From Epiperipatus broadwayi (lineage: Eukaryota > Animalia > Onychophora), in contig JAQFVV010000009.1 in NCBI GenBank assembly GCA_028023455.1, positions 9,982,001 through 10,046,000 on the forward strand: a DNA stretch of 64,000 nucleotides. The letters run 5' to 3'. Positions 55,482 to 64,000 of this stretch are shown piece by piece. Both the position numbers and the translations under genes were made by a program. Positions within the stretch are counted from its first letter, which is position 1, and every line of letters starts with the position of its first letter. The notes under the pieces are model-generated. The model was not told the DNA's origin and made no database searches. It worked only from the letters and a program-made list of their open reading frames with translations.

Positions 55482-56422
55482 ATCACTACATCTATGACTT
55501 GAAGCTAGCTAAGCCTAGTTGTTTATAATTACTTTTTGTTAAAGCTTTTCTCTATACTGATGCATTTATATATAACTTTAGTAATTAATGTTATCAGATC
55601 AGTAAAAGAAAAAATCTTCAGCAACTTTTACTTTGGATAGTTATCAACTTGGTAATATGAATTAGTTTTTATCTTTTTTTAAGTAGAAAGGAAAATTATA
55701 TTTAACAAATTAACATGTAGCATATTTCATTATAGTGATGTAAATTCTTGCAATTAAATTAGTCATATATAGAATGCTTTTTTTTTTTTGTTCAATTTAT
55801 TGTATGAAACTGAGAATAAAGGCACTAGAAATTGATACTCTATACGATTAAAAAAATACAGATGAAATTACAAAATCAACTTTTCAGCTTTCTGAATATG
55901 ATATTAAATCTACTATTATAAGAGCACTTTTTCATTGGATTGGACATATAAAGCAAATAATTAATAACAGATTTTCTAAAAAATATTTCAAGGTGATCTT
56001 ATGGTTTTTATGAAAGATGGCTTTCATTAATCTCATAAAGAATTATCTCAAAGATGTTCCAAAGAAATCCATGATTGCTTTAGTTAAGGATAAAGTACAA
56101 AGGAAAGCTATAAAAAGGTGAAGTTCAAAAATTAATGTTTGCTGCAAAAGAAGTTAAAAAAGTAGCATTGCAAGAAACGAAGTAAACCGACTAAAAATGC
56201 AACATCGGATATATTAATCATACTAATGACTCAATAACCAATTTGCAAAACTCATCTTTAACTTTCAACCCCCCCCCTTCTGAACTTAGAACTGCCATAA
56301 TCATTTATGAAAGGTTGCTAATGATGATGATATTTAGAAAGAATAACCAGAAGGCATAACATATTTTTTTAAAAAATTAAATGTTACGAAATTATCCAAC
56401 AATTAAAATTTTAAATGCTTTA

Positions 56423-56625
56423 TTCGAACTCAGACTTTCACGACCCATTACTCTCAGTGCCATAGTAATCTAGACCAACTGATGTTGGTGATTATTTATC
56501 TTTTCAACCTGTGTGTGATCAGGTGGATCAACAATATGAGATGGCACTGAGAGTAATGGGTCGTGTGAAAGTCTGAGTTCGAATCCCGCATATATTACAT
56601 ATATAAATGCAGGTTTAAGCCTGTG
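56423..56625. repeat. Family C-related fold-back with deleted hammerhead core and 3' tail
   Basis: 56423-56463 is complementary to 56541-56583. The sense part aligns to 47263-47450 except that CCAACTGATG is joined directly to TTGGTGATT. Confidence 0.85.
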
Positions 56626-57049
56626 CAATGTATTAATTTAAAAGCTTTAGTAAATATAATTTATGGACTAAAATTTGTATAAGTCTTGAGAGATGTTCCA
56701 CAGTATTAGAATTCAACAAATATAAAACAACATATAATTTATATTAATATTCCAATTTTTTGAAGTAAACTTAAAAGTGCAATATAACTCAAGCATAAAT
56801 GTTATTCTTATCAGTAGAGTCTAGAGCCCATTTCAATTATACCTTTATCCCAAATTAGCAATGGAGCTTTGTGTGATTATTCACCATAGTAATCATCATC
56901 AATTTATACCCACTATTTTGATTTACTATTAATTAATCACAATATCAATCTTTAAAAAAATTTCCAAACTTTTTTAAAAAAATCAAAAGGGTGATTATTT
57001 GTAAGATTGATGACATCAGAGGATAGTGATTTCGTTAAAACGACGTCAA

Positions 57050-57061
57050 CAAAATGGCGGC
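57050..57061 (+). promoter_or_regulatory. YY1/Pho-type site in a small CpG-containing patch
   Basis: CAAAATGGCGGC matches the YY1 consensus, next to GACGTCA and two TGACATCA motifs. Sequence match only. Confidence 0.3.
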
Positions 57062-57599
57062 AATGACATCAAAAATATACAATACATTTCAAAGTTAATT
57101 CATTATACCATATACAATATTATGCTTTTAAATATAAAATATCATTAATGTATTTTTTCTAAAATTTCATCCAGTGTCCTTGCAAAATAATTAATGCTTC
57201 TATTTTTGATATAATCAAAGTAAAAATTTCCATTATTAATGACTACGAAAGTAAAAAAAAAAAAAAGACAACTTCATTCAGTACAATAAGTAATAATAAG
57301 CATACTTCGATCATGTACAACAAAGTAGATCAATATTAAAATGTGAACATTAGGTAAAATATAGTCAGTTTTACGGATCAAAATTTTTAGCAATACTAGT
57401 TTGTTTGGGGGGGGGGGGTGATTTCATGCAATATTTAGTTAATAATCAACTTTACATGATTAAAGATTACTAAATATAAATTAACACAAAGGCAAAATTC
57501 TCCATACAGTAGTGCCATTCAGTGAAAGCCATAATAATCAATGGATGCAGAAAGGTTTGGTGCATAAAATCCCAATCTAGTGCCTACCCCTCCAATATT

Positions 57600-57637
57600 T
57601 CGACTAGTTTCTAGCTTGTGGCTTTCATCAGTGAGGA
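57600..57637 (-). ncRNA. Hammerhead motif (family A), stem I damaged
   Basis: UCCUCA-CUGAUGA-A-AGC-CACAA-GCU-A-GAAA-CUAG-UC. Stem II covaries (AGC/GCU versus GGC/GCC). The 3' strand of stem I is partly deleted. Confidence 0.55.
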
Positions 57638-57963
57638 GCTTTGGATTTGAGAGTATTGCACCTAGACCTTAGGATCTAATTGCAAACCTCCAGCAACCAC
57701 CTTTTACCTTTTTAGTTAACTATAAAGCTTTGAGTCCAAAATGAAAACCCAATGATCTTTTCAATTCAAGCTCATTTGCTTGTATAATCATATAGTGAGT
57801 TTAGATCTATATGACTATACAAGCAAATAAGCTTGAATTGAAAACATTATTGGATTTTCATTTTGGACTCAAAGCTTTATAGTCAACTAAAAAGGTAAAA
57901 GATGGCTGTTGAAGGTTTGCATTAGATCCTAAGGTTTAAGCGCAGTGCTCTCAGATCCAAAGC

Positions 57964-58004
57964 TTCTCACTGATGAAAGCCACAACTAGAAATTAATCTA
58001 GAGA
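57964..58004 (+). ncRNA. Hammerhead motif (family A), decayed
   Basis: CTGATGA-AAGCCACAACTA-GAAA-TTAA-TC. Stem III is still palindromic (ATTAAT); stems I and II carry mismatches. Confidence 0.45.
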
Positions 58005-60515
58005 TATTGGAGGAGTAAGCACTAGATTGAGATTTTATGTACAAACCTTCCAAAATCCATTGATTACTATGGCTTGCACTGAGTGGCACTATTGTATGGA
58101 GTTTTGCCTTTTAACACTTTGTGTAAGCATAAAGAATGGTGATCATGTGATGTTTAGTGATTAAATATAAATTAAAAGTATCATTTATTGGCCCAGTTTT
58201 ATATCAATAATCTCGTAATTTGTCTGTAAATAATGGCAACATTTGTCATAAATACAATATAAAAAATATATACCTTTACAATAATAGAAAAATAAACAAA
58301 AAATTTCATCATTTATTTTATTAAAACTTCAGCAATCAATTGTAGAAGACATTTCTTTATCAAAATTATATTTAATTTCACAGCCTTTACTAAAATAAAT
58401 AAATTTGCAGTTTTTTTTTTTTTTAAATAATAGTGATGTAAAAAAGTTGTTTTATTAGTCTGATATTACAAGAACAAAAAATTATAAGAAACAAAATGAT
58501 GAATTGTCAATATTATACTTTTTTTTTAAATGTATAGCTACCAAAATGTTTTTACACATTATATTTAGCTAAAGGTAATTTTCTTAAATATGCTTAATAA
58601 TAATAACATAGCTTACAGCACTGCACATGCATTTTATAGATGGAATGCTATTTATAATGAATACTCTTCTTTCCAAATACAAGATAAAGTCTTTTTAAAA
58701 GAGAGAATGTCAATTTAAGTTTTATTTTTTAAAAGAGAATTTTTATACATTTTGAATTTAAAGTAATAAATTAATATTTTCTATAGGAACTCATGATAAT
58801 TGCATATTTTTTATATGAGGCCTTTGATTTATGATAAATTTTGGGGCATTAATTGTCTTCAATAATTAGAATAAAGGAATAGTTCAATTTAATAACTTTG
58901 TTAGTAGTAGGTAACAATGCTTGGAGTAACTAAAAATAAATAAATAATATTTTTTTATAAGTTTAAAAATAAGAAAAAATTTCTGAAAAGTTAATTCTTT
59001 TTAACTACATATATATTATTTTTCAATTCAATTATATATAGCCAAAATCCTAAGTTAATAATTCTCAACCTATTAGTATCCAATAGACCTACAGGTGACA
59101 TGCAAAAAAAAAAAACTATTTTTGAAAAATTATGTTTAAATAATTTTTTCAAATAATTTAAAACTGTATCTTCATTATATTGATTACTGCCTTTGCCAGC
59201 TCTTTGTCATAGACAAAACTATCCAGGCTTAACTTAAGATCATACACTATTTTAGCACCATACTGCACAATGTTTTTTATGCTGTCCTTATTGGTCATTT
59301 TGAATCTAACTTATACTTAAAATTAAGTAACATAGAGCCTAATATTAAAAAACTGTGTTTTGCAAAACAAGCTCAAAGTTCTCATTAATTTTCATATTAT
59401 TTTGAATAGTTTTTTAATGTAACAAATATGAAAATGCTAATATAAAAATTAATACTTTGTTCCTAAATAAATTAAATATTTAACTTTTATTATGATAATT
59501 CTGTTTTGGTTACCTAAAAACTAAAATACTTTTTATATGCCTACCTGTTTTTTTATTTTGATGCCAAATTTTTTTATATAGTGTAATCGTAGAGAGAAAT
59601 TTTGATATTCTTTGAGTGGTACACCGAATCTGCTGCTCTAGGGTCAATCAGAAATTATTATTTCTTGCAACAATTTTAGATTGATGTTTTAATGCATATA
59701 CACCTGGGTCTTGTTTTATGCGGTAGATAGGTTCCTCAAAAAACGCGCACAAAAGAAATCACACAAAAATAGACTTAAGGTTAACTTACCTTGAAAAATG
59801 GGGGATACGTACTGTAATTTTCCAAAAATCGCATAAAAGCAAAGCAACAATTTAAAATTACTTTAAAATTTGCATAAAAAAAATAAAATAAAATAAAATA
59901 TGACTAATAAAAAATTTCAAATTTGAAAAAAATTGATACAAGACAAACTTTTTTTATTAACTACAGTATTTAATTTTATTCAAAACAATATATTTTTATG
60001 TGTAATTTACATTTTTTTCATACATGTATGGTATTTTAATTATTATCGCTATTTGAGACATCAGATTCGTCATGATGTGATGTGATGTATTGTAGCTTCT
60101 CCTAAATGAAGTCAAGAGGAAATACAACTAAAACATTTTCCAATCGCTATTGATCCTTTCCATTTCGCTAAGCGATCTAAAACTGAAATCTTTGTTTCCA
60201 AAGAAATTCATTTTCTTGGGTGTTTTTTTTCTCTCCATTAGAGTAAACTAAAAGTTTAAAATAAAAATAAGAACTTACGATAATAAAGACACCGACTCAA
60301 CACTGTTGGGCAAAATTTAATTAAAACTAACAATTAAAAATTAAATTCTTATTTTTGTCTTTAGTTTTTTAATTTTTAATTCCATTTAAAAATCAAATTT
60401 CATCATTTCACATCACTTCGTTACGTAATTTTTAAATTGTTAATTACAATTAAAAATCAGATTTTAATTGCCAAATTTAATTGTGCCCACCGCTGTTACT
60501 CACCTTTTAAAAATA

Positions 60516-60813
60516 AACTTGTGGACACTAAATGATTAATTGATTATGTACTCGTTTTATAAAAAGCAAAAATTGAACGCGATTTAAAATGCAAAAACAA
60601 CATACATCGTATAGGCATCTATAACGTTTGAACAGATTTACATTATAATCTTATAAAATTTATTACTTGCGGACACTAAATGATTAATTAATTACGTACT
60701 CTTTTTATAAAAAGCAAAAATAGAACGTGATTTAAAATGCAAAAACATCAACAAACATAGTATTTTTCATCTATAATGTTTGAACAGATTTACATTATAG
60801 TCTTGTAAAATTT
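60516..60813 (+). repeat. Tandem duplication (~146-bp unit x2) inside the pogo element
   Basis: ACTTG(T/C)GGACACTAAATGATTAATT...GAACAGATTTACATTATA.TCTT.TAAAATTT occurs twice. Confidence 0.9.
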
Positions 60814-60918
60814 AATGTGTGTATATAAAATGGGGAAATTCTGATTTTAAGTGAATTATGAACTTCTTTATTACATAAAATCTATTACATGTATTATTAT
60901 AAAGCACTGAAAATATTG

Positions 60919-61044
60919 AAATTATTAGATGGAAGTCGAACTCCGATAATGCACTATTACTTTAAATATGACGTGATTGCGCAAAATTTATAATATTTAA
61001 AGTAATAGTGCATTATCGGAGCTCGACTTCTGATCTAATAATTT
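60919..61044. repeat. Short palindrome (~51-bp arms, ~23-nt loop) inside the pogo element
   Basis: AAATTATTAGATGGAAGTCGAACTCCGATAATGCACTATTACTTTAAATAT and its near-perfect complement. Confidence 0.9.
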
Positions 61045-61541
61045 TTATCGCATAAAAGAAAACCGCATACAAAAATATTAAGAAGAATCATGAATCGCAT
61101 AACTTCAAAATCGTATTAAATAAATCCGCATAAAACGAGACCCGAGTGTATATACATCTAACATTAGCCTATACTGTAGAAAAAATTCATATATTAAATA
61201 ATTTTTAAAAAAATCTATCAAATAGAATTAATAATTTTTTAGAAAGTTTCCAAATTTTGAAATTGGATATGTAGCACTTCATAAATTTTGTTAAAATTGA
61301 TTTGAAAATAATTATACATACATTTTCTGGTATTTCTACTATTTTTATAAATGGAAATAATAATGTAAAAGGATTTTGTTATTATTAATATTGAATAAAG
61401 CTAAATATTTAAATAAAGTTCTTGAAGATAAGGTTTAGAAAGAATAATGATACTGGTATAAAGTTTCACTGGAGGTCAGATGTCTAAGCATCAATAAAAC
61501 CAGAAATTCTTTCTCTCTCACTCTTTTTAGTTTTTTTAGTT

Positions 61542-61601
61542 GGGGGTTTATCCAGGAACTTTAGCTTTGAGTCCACCACTCTTACAACTGAGCTATTTCT
61601 G
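61542..61601 (-). mobile_element. tRNA-derived SINE head (degenerate)
   Basis: Minus strand TAGCTCAGTTGTAAGAG (A-box-like) ... CCTGGATAAACCCC (degenerate B box) at tRNA-like spacing. Confidence 0.45.
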
Positions 61602-63199
61602 CTCAAGACATAATTTGTAATATACTATAAATATTTTGATAAAAAAAAAATTTATTGCAATAAATTTTATGAAAATTTACAATTAAGCAGTGAGCAGCAA
61701 ATTTTTCTGCAATATTAGTTAATTTGTTGAAAAGCATCTCCAAGAAGTCTCTTCTTGCAATCAATCTATCAAAAATACCTGATTGTCATAATTCTGTCAC
61801 TTTAATATAAAAAAAGACTGTAATTTTTTTTAAAAAAAAAAGTTTAAAAAGATGTATCTTTAAAACATAATATTATTCTATTCCTCTTATTGAAGTAAAA
61901 GTTGAAAAAAATAAGATAAAAAAGCAACTATCTATCTAACTTGTTATATATATGTGCATTGGAAGATGTGTGTGTTAAGTGTGACATTAATATATAACAA
62001 AAAATTTTATCACAGTGAGCATTCCAAAGAAAGAAAAAAAAGAGAGAAAATAGATAAGTCAAAAATGTAATATATTTGGCATAAAAAAAAAAATGTCACA
62101 TTAATTATTATAAGTTTGTTACAAGCTGTCTTTCTAGCCAGATGATTGGAATGCTTCCAAACTACTATAACAAAATAACTGCTCTCCCTACTTTTTAATA
62201 TTTATTTCATTAAAAAAAAAAAAAATCAATACATATGAAATGATATTGAAGAAAGGTGAAAATATTTAGATTTTGTTTTTAAAATCCAAGACTCCAAATG
62301 AATACAAGACTTTTAAATCCAGTTATTGTAAAAAACAGAATTAATGAAAATAGGTGACTGAGAGCTCTGAAAAATGCAGGAAAAAAAAACATTAAAAAAA
62401 AAAGTAAAATGTGCAGTTTTTCATTTTTTTAATATATATAATCATATGCAGAATATATTACAGTGTCTAATTTGTTGCTAATACCTACCAGTAAATCAAA
62501 TTAAATCTCAAGTCAATTTGTTGAAATTTGTAAATAAACACTTTAGTCATTTTCATATTAATCATTTTAGGTGCGAATATAGTATGCATTCCATGCCATT
62601 TTGAATTTTATAACTCACCCAGAATCCTGCTAACACATTCAAGTTTCAAAAAAAAAGTTACAAAATCGCAAATTTCATCATTAATTAAAAAATCAAAATG
62701 CAAAGTTTACAATTGTCATAGAGTATTTCTAATTTTGATCAACATTTAACATTTAATAACAAATCAAATAATATAAATACTTTGTATTAACATATGTTAT
62801 CACAATTTACATAAATCTTTCAGAAATCAAAATGCAATTTACATTTGTTATAAACGTACAAAAGAAATCAAAAAGACAAATTACATTTTCTACTTTAAAA
62901 TAAAATAAAATAAACCTAATTAACCTACTTTTCATTAATATGCCAAAAAATTATAACTTATAAAATACAAAATACAGCATATTATTTTTACAAATAATAG
63001 GACTTTAGTTTCTTGTTATCAGAAATTCTTTGTTCTCTCTGTTGATCACTTGAAGGTTTTTTACTTTTTTTATAAAGTAATATAAACTCCATAATCTTAT
63101 TAATATTGTGTTTAATAGTTAGCTAATACATATTTAAGTGGTATATGCACTCGTGTTGACTGAAAACTAGTTTAAGATTTTTTTTTCAATACTTTGTTT

Positions 63200-63680
63200 A
63201 TTAACTAGAAGATAAAGAACACTGGTTAATTTAAATTTTCTTTAAGATTTACACAGTTCAGACAATTTTCAGAAACATCAAAATTTATTTTATACCCAGG
63301 CATAATAGCAATGGATTGTCTTAAATTAGAAACTTTTGAGGAGCTTAATTTGAAAGACATGGAAATGCAATCAGTGGATTTTCAATCCATTTCTATATGG
63401 AAACAGAAATTTGTTGAATTGAGGAATGAGTTAGAAACAATGGAAAATAATTGATTATTGGATATATGTAAAAAGAATGCTGAAGAGAAACTATTAACTA
63501 CCTGGAATGCAATTTTTGAAACATTTAATTGGTTAAAAAAAATTAGTGATCACTATATTATCAATTTTTTCCTCTATATATGCATGTGAATCATTGTTTT
63601 CAGAAATGAATTTAATTAGACAATTTGAGAAATAGAACAACAGATAAATCTAGTTCAGCATGTACATTATTAAACCACTA
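63200..63680 (+). pseudogene. hAT transposase C-terminal relic (GTF2IRD2/EPM2AIP1-like Buster group)
   Basis: EMQSVDFQSISIWKQKFVELRNELE..KNAEEKLLTTWNAIFETFNWLKK..SIYACESLFSEMN..LRNRTTDKSSSAC, matching the hAT dimerisation region. Confidence 0.78.
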
Positions 63681-64000
63681 AACATCACATGATCACTATC
63701 TCATACTAGCACATAATTGTTATTAAACAATTCAAAACAAAGCAAAACTCTCATATAGTAGTGCCATCTTGTGCTAACAAAAGCAATCAATGGATGCCAG
63801 AAGGCATGTGCATAAAATCCCTATCTAGTGCCTACTCATCCAATATCCCCAGACTAGTTTCTGGCTTGTGGCCTTCATCAGTGAGGAGCCTTGGATCTGA
63901 GAGCACTGCACCTAGATCTTAGGATCTAATGCAACCCTCCAGCAGCCACCTTTTAACTCTATTTAACTACAAAACTATGAGAATAAAATTGAAAACACAA
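63677..64000 (-). repeat. Family A copy 3 (antisense arm with tail; runs off the window end)
   Basis: 63740-64000 closely matches 1606-1870. 63677-63740 matches the tail at 58111-58160 in reverse. Confidence 0.9.
63846..63887 (-). ncRNA. Minimal type-I hammerhead ribozyme motif (family A), best-preserved copy
   Basis: UCCUCA-CUGAUGA-A-GGC-CACAA-GCC-A-GAAA-CUAG-UC^UGGGGA. 6-bp stem I, palindromic ACUAGU stem III, GUC triplet. Confidence 0.8.

Larger units (their letters stand above)
57488..58160. repeat. Family A full palindrome, copy 2 (~305-bp arms, ~12-nt loop, extra 3' tail on the sense arm)
   Basis: 57488-57795 is complementary to about 57808-58110. 58111-58160 aligns with the reverse complement of 63677-63740. 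Confidence 0.93.
59701..61148 (-). mobile_element. pogo/Tigger-type deletion derivative
   Basis: TIRs CACCTGGGTCTTGTTTTATGCGG / CCGCATAAAACGAGACCCGAGTG with TA TSDs. Minus-strand relic ISLETKISVLDRLAK..IGKCF..LGEATI (about 60080-60210) resembles the CENP-B/psq HTH of pogo transposases. Confidence 0.85.

Noticed and set aside
57481-58117. TTAACAC as a 7-bp TSD of the family A palindrome
   Set aside because: The right-hand TTAACAC lies inside the tail that is homologous to copy 3, so it is probably element sequence. Ambiguous.

Overview
AT-rich, CpG-poor eukaryotic DNA, apparently from an invertebrate (arthropod-like); it reads as intronic or intergenic sequence packed with transposable elements. 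No host gene could be identified, only a few candidate exons. Recognisable elements: (1) a full-length but frameshifted L1/Tx1-type LINE with a perfect 21-bp TSD (20506-25764); (2) a three-level nest in which a hAT/Buster transposon (35697-38339) sits inside an RTEX-like LINE whose ORF1 has PHD and SGNH-esterase domains (32913-40559), which in turn sits inside a Tc1/mariner element (32539-41328); (3) two copies of an RTE LINE; (4) hAT, pogo/Tigger and possibly Merlin-type MITEs; (5) mariner, piggyBac and hAT relics. The most striking signal is not in the ORF track. Two unrelated non-coding fold-back repeat families (A: about 1.6-2.1, 57.5-58.2 and 63.7-64 kb; C: about 28.1, 46.7-47.9 and 56.4-56.6 kb) each carry a minimal type-I hammerhead ribozyme motif with a palindromic stem III. 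Family A shows stem covariation between copies. Both families have a non-Watson-Crick pair (A.A or U.U) closing stem II. Their inverted-copy plus 'tail' layout resembles Penelope-like pseudo-LTRs or retrozymes. A third fold-back structure (7150-8325) is built from LTR-like ends fused head-to-head at a tRNA-Lys primer-binding site. All alignments were done by eye, so coordinates of decayed elements are approximate.
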